Part shown: one piece after another, positions 20,113 through 31,000 of the stretch | Layout of the letters: the number at the start of each line of letters is the position of its first letter | Position numbering within the stretch: the first letter of the stretch is position 1 | Source: Winogradskyella sp. | GTDB lineage: Bacteria; Bacteroidota; Bacteroidia; Flavobacteriales; Flavobacteriaceae | Direction of reading: 5' to 3' | DNA: 64,000 nt | Assembly: GCF_016744625.1 (NCBI RefSeq) | Contig: NZ_JADGDZ010000010.1 | Span: 126-64,125, forward strand | Notes under the pieces: model-generated | What the model was told of the DNA's origin: nothing | Seen by the model: the letters and a program-made list of their open reading frames with translations, nothing else | Databases searched by the model: none | Made by a program: the position numbers and the translations under genes

Positions 20113-20135
20113 TCTCTTTTTTAAAATAATAAAAA

Positions 20136-20163
20136 ACCGTTTAGTTCTCTAAGCGGTTTTTTT
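20136..20163 (+). terminator. Rho-independent terminator after rplI
   Basis: ACCGTTTAG-ttct-CTAAGCGGT (one G-U pair) followed by a T run. Confidence 0.7.
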
Positions 20164-20176
20164 GATTCTAACCTTT

Positions 20177-21049
20177 ATGAAGCGCTTTATTTTATTACTT
20201 CTAATCCTTGGTCTCATAGGTTGTAAAGAATCTAAGACTATTGATGTAAGAACAGTAGTATCTAATTCAAAACTTATTGAAGTATTTAAGGATTCAAAAA
20301 CTAATTATCCTAACATTAGTGTACATCGTGGTGGAAAAGGCTTATTAAACTATCCAGAAAACTGCCTAGAAACACTTCAATATGTTAGTGATAGTATTTC
20401 TGCTGTTTATGAAGTTGATGTGGCTCAAACTAAGGATGGACAATTAGTTTTAATGCACGATAATTCTATAGAAAGAACAACTAACGGAAGTGGTTTAGTA
20501 AAGGATTTAACTTATAAGGAGCTTAAACGATTCAATTTAGAGGATGATTATGGTAATAAGACCGCTTTTAAAATCCCATTATTTTCTGAAGTTTTAAAAT
20601 GGTGCAAAACAAATAACGTGATTCTTACAATAGATATCAAACGAAGTGTAAGCCAAGAAACTGTAATTAATACAGTTAGAGAGGCTAAAGCCGAAGATAT
20701 TAGTATCATAATTACCTATGATGTGGAGCAGGCTAAATCTGCTTATACTTTGGCTCCAGAATTATTGCTTTCAGTTTCAGCAAGAAACCACGAAGAATTT
20801 GATCGTTTGCTAAAGGCTAAAATACCTACAGAAAATATGTTGGCTTTTACAGGAACACGATTATCAAATGCATCGTTATACAAAAGATTAAATGAAAATG
20901 ATATAGTTTGTATGCTAGGAACTCTAGGTAACTTAGATAAGCAAGCCGAAGCAAGAGGAGATGAACTTTACCTAAGATGGCAAACGTTTGGAGCAAATAT
21001 TATTGCTACAGACAGACCGTTTGAAGCATTTAGAGCAATTAATAATTAG
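20177..21049 (+). CDS. Glycerophosphodiester phosphodiesterase-family lipoprotein
   Basis: Starts at MKRFILLLLILGLIGC (lipobox). Motifs: HRGG, E.D...T.DG..V..HD...RTTNG. Confidence 0.8.
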   Translation: MKRFILLLLILGLIGCKESKTIDVRTVVSNSKLIEVFKDSKTNYPNISVHRGGKGLLNYPENCLETLQYVSDSISAVYEVDVAQTKDGQLVLMHDNSIERTTNGSGLVKDLTYKELKRFNLEDDYGNKTAFKIPLFSEVLKWCKTNNVILTIDIKRSVSQETVINTVREAKAEDISIIITYDVEQAKSAYTLAPELLLSVSARNHEEFDRLLKAKIPTENMLAFTGTRLSNASLYKRLNENDIVCMLGTLGNLDKQAEARGDELYLRWQTFGANIIATDRPFEAFRAINN

Positions 21050-21135
21050 TTATTGCATTTATATATTTATGACTGTTACATTGAAAGTAGTTTACAAAGT
21101 AAGTCGAAGTGAATTATAACTGGTAAATAGACAAA

Positions 21136-21165
21136 TAGATTCTGAAACAAGTTCAGAATGACAAA
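21136..21165. repeat. 30-bp REP-like element, copy 1 (TAGATTCTGAAACAAGTTCAGAATGACAAA)
   Basis: Contains an 8-bp hairpin ATTCTGAA/TTCAGAAT. Identical to 21741-21770. Confidence 0.9.
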
Positions 21166-21176
21166 GTATTGTAAGA

Positions 21177-21650
21177 ATGAAATACACAAGATTAACAAAA
21201 GAGCAATTCGAAGAATTACACCAAGAATTCATCAACTTTTTAGCTACGCAGTCTATTACAGCGGATGAGTGGCAAGACATTAAAGCAAATAAACCTGAAG
21301 CTGCAGAGCAAGAACTCGATGTGTTTAGTGATTTGGTATGGTTTGGTGTTTTGAGTAAAGTTGAATACCTAGAGCATATTTCGCCACAACAAATTCATTT
21401 GTTTAAGTGCAATGAAAAACAAATGCGTTTAATAGCATTAAAAATTAGCAAGGAAGAAATAGATTTTACTACCAAAGAAGGGTTTGAGTGGTTAAGGAAT
21501 AATTTGTTATCTGATGATATCGAATTCTTTAATGCTAACAAACCGTATTCAGACGATAAGCATTTAGATATCTTTAAAATGATTCAAACTGGTGCTGTGA
21601 TTACAAAAGGCGAATTGTTTCAGTATTTTGAGACGCTTATTGGGCAGTAG
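21177..21650 (+). CDS. Conserved hypothetical cytoplasmic protein
   Basis: 157-aa ORF with clean codon usage and no motifs I can name. It is flanked by the two identical 30-mers. Confidence 0.6.
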   Translation: MKYTRLTKEQFEELHQEFINFLATQSITADEWQDIKANKPEAAEQELDVFSDLVWFGVLSKVEYLEHISPQQIHLFKCNEKQMRLIALKISKEEIDFTTKEGFEWLRNNLLSDDIEFFNANKPYSDDKHLDIFKMIQTGAVITKGELFQYFETLIGQ

Positions 21651-21740
21651 CAAATTCCTGAGAAGACAGGAATATCTTGGCTTCTATGAATAAGCTGTAG
21701 TTTTGTCTCGCTAAACTTGTTTCAGTGTCTATTTGCCTAT

Positions 21741-21770
21741 TAGATTCTGAAACAAGTTCAGAATGACAAA
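21741..21770. repeat. 30-bp REP-like element, copy 2; a partial inverted copy lies just upstream (about 21713-21724)
   Basis: Identical 30/30 to 21136-21165. AACTTGTTTCAG at about 21713 is the reverse complement of CTGAAACAAGTT within the element. Confidence 0.9.
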
Positions 21771-21868
21771 TCCCTCATTTGAAACTGAAATCTCAGATTT
21801 GTGAATTCAAAATGAATAAAAAAATAGTAGATTGTTTTAATGAGATTCCTACTTTTATAAGAACTTAA

Positions 21869-23110
21869 TTACTCATAACGCAAAGACTCAATAGGATCTA
21901 ATTTAGCAGCCTTCGTCGCAGGATACAAGCCAGAAACTACAGCGACAATAAAAGCAATACTTGTTGCCCAAATCATAGCAATCCAAGGCGTAGAGAAGTC
22001 GAGTTTAAAACCTTTTGCAACTCCCCAACCAATTAAAATTCCGAGGATAATTCCAAGAATTCCACCAAGCTGACCAATGATTACCGTTTCCATAAAAAAC
22101 TGAAAAGCAATAGTTCTACTTTTAGCACCTAAAGCTTTACGTACTCCGATTTCTCTGGTTCGTTCACTTACTGAAACTAACATAATATTCATTAAAGCAA
22201 TGGTAGAGCCAAAGATGGTGATGATACTAATAATCCAAGCGGCAATATAAAGAGCAGACGTATTTTGAGCGACACGATTTAATAAATCATCACTACGCTC
22301 AATACCAAAATCATTTTTTTGAATTGGGTTTAATCCTCTTATATTTCTAAAGGTTAAAATAGCATCTTCTTGTGCACCTTCGAGCATATCCTTTTTATCT
22401 ACTTTGATGCTTAAGTTGTAATTAATATTTGCATTTGTATAGATGGATCGTGCCTTTTGAATTGGCATAATCACTCGTAAATCTTGATTATTACCAAAAG
22501 TAGATCCTTTTTCTTTTAAGACACCAATAACTTTAAATTTAGAACCTCTAACACTTATGGTTTTATCTATTGGGTTGTCTTCAGGAAATAAAGCTTTTTG
22601 CAAATCGCTACCAATAACACAAACGGCATTACTATTTTCAATATCAAAAACATTTAATGAACGACCATTTTCAACTTCTAAACCAGAGTTTTCAATAAAA
22701 TTTTCATTAGAGCCTATAACTGCAACCTCTGGATCGGTCTTATTGTTTTCGTATTTTACTTCGGCAAAAGCAGTTCCGTAAAAAGAAACACCAACCTTTG
22801 TAAATGGATAATCGTAGGTATCTTCAAAAGCTTTAATGTTTCTGTAGTTAATTACAGGATTAATTTTTTGACGCTCTCTACTGCTTTGTCGTTGCGCTCT
22901 AAACTCATAACGCTGTATGTTAAATGTGTTGGCTCCCATTGAAGAAAAGTTACTTGAGAGTGTATTTTCTAGAGCAGAAACACCACTAAGAATCCCAACC
23001 AAAGCCATAATGCCAATTGCGATAATTAAAACGGTTAAGATGGTTCTAAGCAATTGACTTTTAATAGAGCCAAAAGCAATTCTAATATTCTCTTTAGCTA
23101 ATGAAAACAT
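21869..23110 (-). CDS. ABC transporter permease (MacB/FtsX-like)
   Basis: 413 aa. N-terminal TM, a large periplasmic domain, and a C-terminal FtsX region with REIGVRKALGA. Confidence 0.85.
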   Translation of the reverse strand: MFSLAKENIRIAFGSIKSQLLRTILTVLIIAIGIMALVGILSGVSALENTLSSNFSSMGANTFNIQRYEFRAQRQSSRERQKINPVINYRNIKAFEDTYDYPFTKVGVSFYGTAFAEVKYENNKTDPEVAVIGSNENFIENSGLEVENGRSLNVFDIENSNAVCVIGSDLQKALFPEDNPIDKTISVRGSKFKVIGVLKEKGSTFGNNQDLRVIMPIQKARSIYTNANINYNLSIKVDKKDMLEGAQEDAILTFRNIRGLNPIQKNDFGIERSDDLLNRVAQNTSALYIAAWIISIITIFGSTIALMNIMLVSVSERTREIGVRKALGAKSRTIAFQFFMETVIIGQLGGILGIILGILIGWGVAKGFKLDFSTPWIAMIWATSIAFIVAVVSGLYPATKAAKLDPIESLRYE

Positions 23111-23216
23111 AGTTTTATCTATTGTTAGTTGGGTTGTTTAAAAGTATAAGACTAATTAAACAGCATAAAGTTACTATAAAATCGAATTATCTTAGCAATG
23201 CCTTTAAAATTTATAA

Positions 23217-23224
23217 TATTTTTG
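23217..23224 (+). promoter_or_regulatory. -7 promoter box TATTTTTG upstream of hisS
   Basis: Exact TAnnTTTG match, 64 nt upstream of the ATG at 23288. Confidence 0.4.
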
Positions 23225-23287
23225 TGACGAATGTTGAGTTCAAATTAAGTTTCACTAAAAGAGATTCCTGCTTTCGCAGGAAATAAT

Positions 23288-24952
23288 ATGGCGCAAAAAC
23301 CAAGTATCCCAAAAGGCACAAGAGATTTTAATGCAGAAGAAGTAGCAAAACGGTCTTATATCATGGAAACGATTAAGGAACAATTTAAGGTCTTTGGATT
23401 TCAGCCCATAGAAACTCCAAGTTTTGAAAACTCTGAAACTTTAATGGGAAAATATGGTGATGAAGGCGATCGTTTGATTTTTAAGATTTTGAATAGTGGT
23501 GATTTTCTAAGAACATACAATGAAAATTTGATCAAATCCATTAAACTTTCTTTACATAACTTAAGATTTTATTTAAGAAACGAAGCTAAGCCTGATTTAA
23601 ATGTTTTTGGTGAAAATTTTGTTAATGAACTTCCAGACATATTAAGAAAAGACAAAGGGATCAAGTTTGATGAATCAATAATTAATTTAAGGAATCTAGC
23701 TAATGACTTATGGAACAAAATTGATAATACAATAAGTAAAAATTATTTACTAGAGTTATTAGTTGAAAATGATGATGAAAAAGACCAAAGGTTAACCAAC
23801 TTGTCAGTTATAATTTTTGGTGAATTTTATTTTGAAATTGGAACAAAGTATTTGGGTAATCATATTTCGGAAAAGGCACTTCGTTACGACCTCACAGTAC
23901 CTTTCGCACGTTACGTAGTACAACACCAAAACGAAATAGAATTCCCCTTTAAACGTTACCAAATGCAACCAGTTTGGCGTGCAGACCGTCCACAAAAAGG
24001 CCGTTTTAGAGAGTTTTATCAGTGTGATGCAGATGTTGTGGGTTCTAAATCTTTGTTTCAAGAGGTAGAATTTGTACAATTATATGACGCGGTGTTTTCG
24101 ACTTTAAAATTAGAAGGTGCTACCATTAAAATAAACAACCGTAAAATTTTATCTGGTATTGCAGAAGTGATTGGAGCACAAGATAAATTGATTGATTTCA
24201 CAGTTGCTTTAGATAAGCTAGACAAAATAGGAGAGGAGAAGGTAAAAGAAGAAATGCGTAATAAAGGTATTTCTGAAGATGGTATTACCAAGCTTCAGCC
24301 TTTATTTACATTGAAAGGAGATTTTGGAAATCAGGTAGAGAGTTTAAAATCTATTTTAAATACATCCGAAATTGGATTAAAAGGTATTGAAGAATTAGAA
24401 TTCATAAATACAGCAATTTCAAACTTAGAATTAAAAACAGCCAAGTTACAACTCGATGTGACTTTAGCTCGTGGTCTTAACTATTATACAGGAGCAATCT
24501 TTGAAGTATCTGCTCCAGAAGGTGTGAAAATGGGATCTATTGGAGGAGGAGGTCGTTACGATGATCTTACAAGTATCTTTGGCTTAAAGAATATGAGTGG
24601 AGTAGGAATTAGCTTTGGTTTAGATCGTATCTATTTAGTATTAGAAGAATTGAATCTGTTCCCAGATACGATTGCAGAATCTACCAAAGTATTGTTTATT
24701 AATTTTGGTGAGAAAGAAGCTATGGCTTGTTTACAAGCCGTAACGAAGCTTAGACAAGCTGGAGTAAAAGCAGAGCTATATCCAGATGCTTCTAAAATGA
24801 AAAAACAGATGAATTATGCCAATAAAAGACAAATTCCTTTTGTGGTTTTGGTTGGTGAAGAAGAATTAAAAGCTGAAAGTTTTACGTTGAAAAATATGGA
24901 TTCTGGTGAGCAACAAAAGCTTCAGATAAATGAATTATTAGAAGCATTATAA
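23288..24952 (+). CDS. hisS: Histidine--tRNA ligase carrying a large in-frame insertion
   Basis: Motifs: [49 protein letters not shown]. It is 554 aa, against about 420-460 aa for typical HisS. Confidence 0.92.
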   Translation: MAQKPSIPKGTRDFNAEEVAKRSYIMETIKEQFKVFGFQPIETPSFENSETLMGKYGDEGDRLIFKILNSGDFLRTYNENLIKSIKLSLHNLRFYLRNEAKPDLNVFGENFVNELPDILRKDKGIKFDESIINLRNLANDLWNKIDNTISKNYLLELLVENDDEKDQRLTNLSVIIFGEFYFEIGTKYLGNHISEKALRYDLTVPFARYVVQHQNEIEFPFKRYQMQPVWRADRPQKGRFREFYQCDADVVGSKSLFQEVEFVQLYDAVFSTLKLEGATIKINNRKILSGIAEVIGAQDKLIDFTVALDKLDKIGEEKVKEEMRNKGISEDGITKLQPLFTLKGDFGNQVESLKSILNTSEIGLKGIEELEFINTAISNLELKTAKLQLDVTLARGLNYYTGAIFEVSAPEGVKMGSIGGGGRYDDLTSIFGLKNMSGVGISFGLDRIYLVLEELNLFPDTIAESTKVLFINFGEKEAMACLQAVTKLRQAGVKAELYPDASKMKKQMNYANKRQIPFVVLVGEEELKAESFTLKNMDSGEQQKLQINELLEAL

Positions 24953-24975
24953 TAAATTTAGTCGTTGTTATAAAT

Positions 24976-25007
24976 AAAAAAGTCCTGATAAAATCAGGAC
25001 TTTTTTT
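24976..25007. terminator. Bidirectional terminator between convergent hisS and the 2470-aa gene
   Basis: AAAAAA-GTCCTGAT-aaa-ATCAGGAC-TTTTTTT. Confidence 0.8.
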
Positions 25008-25036
25008 GGTTAAGATTTAAGATTTGGGACAAAAAA

Positions 25037-28000
25037 TTATTTTACTAAAACTTTCTTAGTCGCTACTGAACCGCTTTCAGTATATAACTTAACAATGTAA
25101 GTTCCAGTGCTTAAATTCTTAACTTCATATTCAGAGTAACCGCTCTCTGAAATATTTTCTATTGTATAAACAGATTGTCCTATAACATTGAATAGTTCAA
25201 TTGATTTTACGTTTATAAGGTTAGGGTTTATTAGTATTATTTTTTCGATATCATTAGAGTATAGCACATCAATACTATTGATCGTTTGATCATCAACTCC
25301 AAGAGAATCATGGTTTGTTGTGAATGTGATTTCAAAACGATCTAGATATTCACCAGCGTTTAAGAATACTTCGTAATCACTCTCTCTTAAATCATGATAA
25401 AGATCTAATGTGATGTCGTGCACATAGATTTCCAAGTCATTTGGTACATTTTCTAAGTCATCAATTGTAATAGTGTTTAAACCATCTGAATCGGTTTTAA
25501 TACCTAATGGATATACAGAAGATTCTTCAGCTTCATCACTAGCTTGTATAATATATTCTTCATCATTTATCATCCAGTACATATCGTCCATCTGGCTTTC
25601 GTTCATTTTTGCATCAAAAGCCCAATCAACATCTAGAGACGCTCTTTCATCTATAGTTAAAAGTAATTGACGACGTAATGTATTAACAGAGTTAAACCCT
25701 ATTCTAAATTTCATTCTATCATCAATCTCTTCATCGTTATAATCACTTTGAGTTGCTGTTGCATTAGCATTTCTCATAAATACTGAAGAAGCACCTCCTT
25801 CTTTTCTGAAGATACGTTGACCATTATTAAAATTAATAGCACCAGTATTTTCTGCTGTAACAAAGAAACCTTGCCCTACAGGAATATAACGTCCAGGTAA
25901 TTTAGTTGGAGTTCCGCCGGTTGCTACATCTGGATCATTAGTTCCGTATGAGGCTGCTGCAACAGCTCCAGAGAAGTTATAAGTTGCGTAACCACCTTGG
26001 TAATCTGCTAAATTATGAGAAGCTCCTCCCCAATGTTCCCAGAAATAAAGTGTACCACTAAGTAATGGAGTTGGGTCAGTAGCAGGATCATAATCTAATT
26101 CTGGACCATTATCTGCAATAAATATATCAGCATCTATAGCCGAAGCATAAGGGTTACCAACTAAATAGTCGTTACCAGCATTTATAGTTAGATTAATATC
26201 TCCATTATTTGGTTTTCCTAAATATACATAGTTCTGATCTGTTAATATAGAACCTGTACCTGGACCTTTCATAGTGAAGCCTTCACCTGCACTAATAGAA
26301 CCTGTACGTCTTACATGTTGCCATGCTGAATAATCGTCAGTTGGCTGATTGGCATATTTCCATATCCAATAATCAGCAATACCTACTGGGTTAGTCGCTG
26401 CACCATCATAACCAGAGGTTAAAAAGTTAATAGGATTTGTACCATCGTACATAATATCTTGTACAGTATAACGATAATCGTTTTTTGCAATATCTGTTTC
26501 ACCTACTGGAGCAGACCAATAATTATAAGTAAACGTATCTGCAGTACCTTGTTGGTCGCGTTCTAACGCACCAGTACCAATAACATCTAAATCACTATTT
26601 GCAGATTGAATCAGTTGTGATTCACCTTCGAGATCTAATTTTCCTGTTAAGCGCATGTAATGTGAAACGGTTATACCATTTCCGGCACTTGTACCTGTGT
26701 TCCCATTTAGAGTTAATTCATTTGCATCTACATATAGTCCTAAAACTTTTCTGTTATCTAAATTTGCAGCTGGTAAGCTTGAATTATCAACAGATACATT
26801 ATGAGATGTTCTAATGATATTCCAATCAACAGTTACAGTAGGATCAACTATCGATGTAGATCCTGGAATATATTGTTCGCTTCCGTTAGTCCAAGTTGCA
26901 GTTGTATCCCAATCTCCATTTTGAGTAGATTCATAAGGTAAAGGTGCAGTTTGTCTAGCAACAGTATTTAAATTTCTTAATGCTCCTTGATTACCATTAC
27001 CAGAAGCATCTTCTGTATTTGTATAGGTATATACTGTCATAGGATAATAACCTGCTAAATCAGACCAAGGTATTGCATCAATATCGTGTTTAGTTATTGT
27101 TGATGGCAGTTCTTTGCCCATTACTTGACCTGAATTGTCTTCAATTTCTTGATTCATAACAAAACGTAATTGGTCTTCGGTTAGTGCTGTATCCCAAACA
27201 CGGACTTCATCAATATTTCCTTGAAAGTGCTGAACAGGTGTGTTTTTACCAGCTGCAGCAATATAGAAAGATTCGTTTGTTGCTATAGGTGCTGTTCTGT
27301 TAGCAGAATTATCTAATACTCCATCAATGTATAAATAGACTGATGAGCCATCATATATTGCGGCAACATGGTGCCATTCATCATCAGGAATTACTGTATT
27401 AGAAGAAAGAGATTGATTGCTGCCATTTCTCCAGTATATTCTAAGTTGATTAGTGTTTCGCATTCTTAGATCATAACCTTGTGTAAAAGCCGCATCTCTT
27501 TTAGATAAAATAGAAACTTCACCTGTATCGGCTGCATCACGTTTTACCCAAGCAGAAATTGTAAAACCAGTTGGGTCTAAATCTAACTTGTCTTCCATAT
27601 CTATATAATCTACAGCTCCATCAAAATAGACAGAACGCTCAACTATAACTTGTGGTGCATAACCAAATGTAATATACTTAGTACCATCAAAATCGTAATC
27701 TGCTTCTAAATTACCGTTTCCATCAGAAGTCATAACTCTATAATCTGCTGTAGGATCGAATACTCCTGTGCTAGAAATAAACATATAATAACTTCCAGGA
27801 GGTGTAATGTTTCTTACAGCTTGTTCTTGTAAACGCACTTTTGCTTTAGAGATATCACCACCGGATTCAACAACTTTCCAAATACGTTGCATCGCAGTGA
27901 AGGTTACTTCTGTCGTTAATGCAGGTGCTACACCAGAACTCATATTCACTGTAACAGTTGTTGCAGCTAAGTTTAAATCTGTTCCATTATTTCCCCAGAT

Positions 28001-31000
28001 TAAGAATTCTTTATCGCCTAAAGTTGTAGGGTTGCTTGACTGATTAAGGTTGTTTGTATCATAAATATCCGTTAAACCGATAGAAAGAACACCTTGAGTT
28101 CTACCTGTACCATCAGTAGCGTTATTTACACTTCTAGATTGTTTTTGATTTAATTCTGAAGCATCATCTCTACCAATACCTGCAATATCATAGTTGTACC
28201 CACTATTTACAGATTGATCCCAAATAACTGTACCATCACTATTTACATAATCTTGTGATGTGCCATTTGTGCCAAGTGTAATACCATATTTAATACCTAA
28301 ATAAGATTGTATCCTATTACGTTCTTGAGTTAAATTAGCATCTGTCTTTCTTGTAGTATAGGTAATAACTTCTGCAACTCTAGCATTTAATGTTGCTTCC
28401 CAGCCTTCACTTCGTCCAATCCACCATCTAGAATCGCTAGTATTCATATACTCAGCAATATCATTTTGAGTAGTTTCAATATCATTAGCATTGTAGTACA
28501 ACTCTTGTTGGCTATTTGCGCTATTATTTCGTGTGTTAATAATACCTACATTATCATAACTAGATCCTGTACCTATTTCAGCTACAGCGTAACCATCACC
28601 TGATTCAGATTGGGTATACGAATCATGTGCATAACAAATAATTTCGTTATTAATTCTACCTGTATAATCACCGAAACCTATTCCAGTCGCATCAGCTGCA
28701 CCTGTTTCTAGATGTGCGTCACTACAAAAGACATCCATAAATCCGAATGAATTAGTAATAGAAGTATCATCTGGAATCATAACAATAAACACCTCTTGCG
28801 TATAAAATCCATAATCTCCAGATAAAAACTCAGAACTTGTATTATCATGAGAAAAATCAGTGTCTTCAGAGAATGATGTGTAAGTATTATCAAATTCTAT
28901 TACTGGATTAAAGTTAACATTTCTTGTCGTATTATCATAGTAAGTAGGTGCTTGTGCGCTTTCTTGAACTCTGGCATCACTACCAAGACCTTGATCTTGC
29001 CAAGCTGTAACATTTTGTCCATCAGTATAACTTAAACCATCATCTGCCTTTAACCAAAGTGCTAAATTAGATGTTACACCTCCAGGTGCTACTGTTGGAG
29101 TAGGTTTATTTGTCATGGTAACCTGATCTATGGCCATATCACCTCTGTTGTCACCAATGGTATCACCTCTTAATCTTATTCTAACTGTTTGACCAATATA
29201 ACTACTAAGATCTATACTTATTGGGGTGAAAGAAGCATTAGTAAAGTTGTGTGTTAAATCAGATTGTGTAAAAAGAGTATTAGGGTAAGTAAGTCCGTTA
29301 TCGGTACTTAACTCAACATTTAGGTTCCCCATGTATCCTGTCGATGAAGCATACATATGGTAGAAAAATGTAAACCTTGGGTTGGCAGTACCAGTTAAAT
29401 CAAAACAAGGACTTATTAATTGAGCAGTGTCGTTTTGGTTTCCATCAACTTCCGTATAGATATAAAAACTTCCATCTTGTGCAGCATTAGGTCCTGTGCT
29501 TCCTGAAGGTGTAGTGCCACTTGTTCTGCTCCAGTCAAAGTCATCTTGTACTCCGTCAATATCTTGTGTCCAAAGACCAAAACCAGATTCAAAACTTTCT
29601 TCATAAGGGAAAGTAGATACTGTTGCTCCACATGAGCCAGGTGTAATTCCGTAACCTTGAATACTAAAGTTGTATGGGTTTTCGTCACTATCACCATTAA
29701 CAATACTAACTGTGGCAGTTCTTAAACCAGCCACACTTGGATCAAATTGTATATTGAAAGTTGTGCTTCCTGAAGCTGCAACAGAAGCTGCGGGTGAAGC
29801 CGTTACTGTAAAATCAGCTGCATGTGTTCCACCTATTGTTATTGTTCCAACAGATAATGTTGCTGTACCAGTATTTTGAATAGTAAATGTGTTTGTATCT
29901 GTTGCACCAGTTACAGAGATGGCACCAAACTCTGTGTCATCTGTTGTGGTAGGTGTAGTGTCTCCATCAGCAATAGTATTAGAATTACCAGTAATATTAA
30001 TTTCTGGTGTAGGAACAATACCTGTTCCCTGTATATTGAAGTTATATGGATTTTCATCAGCATCATCATTAAGAATGGTTAGTGTTGCAGTTCTTAAGCC
30101 TCCTGCTGATGGATTAAATGTAATTTGAAATGTTGTATTTGCACCAGCTGCAATTGGTGTTGTTGGAATAGCAGTTACAGAAAAGTCTCCTGAGTGAGCA
30201 CCAGATATAGTTACGAATGGAGATCCACCTGTTAAGTTTAAATTATTTGTTCCGCCATAATTATGTATAGTAAATGTATTTGCAACAGGAGTACCAACAT
30301 TTGTAGAACCAAAATCTGTGTCGTCAGTAACTGTAGGTGTAGTATCACCATCAACTATAGAGTTACCGTTTCCTGTAACATCAATTTCTGCAAGTGGTGA
30401 TGAGGCTATAATGTTGATTGTATAATCTTCTACTTCGCCAAAATCTGGAGTATTACATGGGTTCGTAACTACAATAGCATCATCCATCATCACTCTCATT
30501 CGAGTAGCACCAGTGGTCGCACCTAAAGGTACGTTGATAGTTCCAGTTTGAGGTGAAACAGTGTCTGGTCCAACTTGAAACACAAGTTCTCCAGGGTCAT
30601 TAAAGTCATAATCTTGATTAAAATCTATCCATACTGTTACACCTTCATTATATAATGTTCCAGTCCAGAAAGGTGTTACTGAGATAGCATGTGTACTTCC
30701 TTGTGTTAGGTTGGTGGATATGCCAGTAAAATCTGAATATCCAGTAGGAGTTGTTCCTCCAGTAGAGTTATTGTTTATTGTATTTAAGCTTACATTACTA
30801 ATATATTCAAAGCCATCATTGGCACCAATAACTGTACAATAAGTTGGTGTAACACCAGTACCTTGAATATCAAAAGTATATGGGTTCTCATCTGTATCAT
30901 CATTAGCAATGGATATTGTTGCTGTTCTTACGCCGTTTGCACTAGGATCAAAAGTTATATCGAAGGTTGTGCTAGAACTCATACCTATCGTAGCAGTTGG

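Noticed and set aside
21092-21280. 62-aa minus-strand ORF
   Set aside because: It is translation of the REP-like 30-mer (..HSELVSES..) and overlaps the start of the plus-strand gene at 21177.
21655-21680. TPP riboswitch, because of a CTGAGA motif
   Set aside because: The motif is part of a 6-bp REP-like palindrome. No other THI-box elements are present, and there is no thiamine gene downstream.
23507-23869. Intein or mobile intron as the explanation for the HisS insertion
   Set aside because: The block has no Cys/Ser/Thr-initiated N-extein junction, no terminal His-Asn, and no homing-endonuclease-like motifs. At about 95 extra residues it is too short for an intein. The reading frame is continuous, so it is not a group I or II intron.
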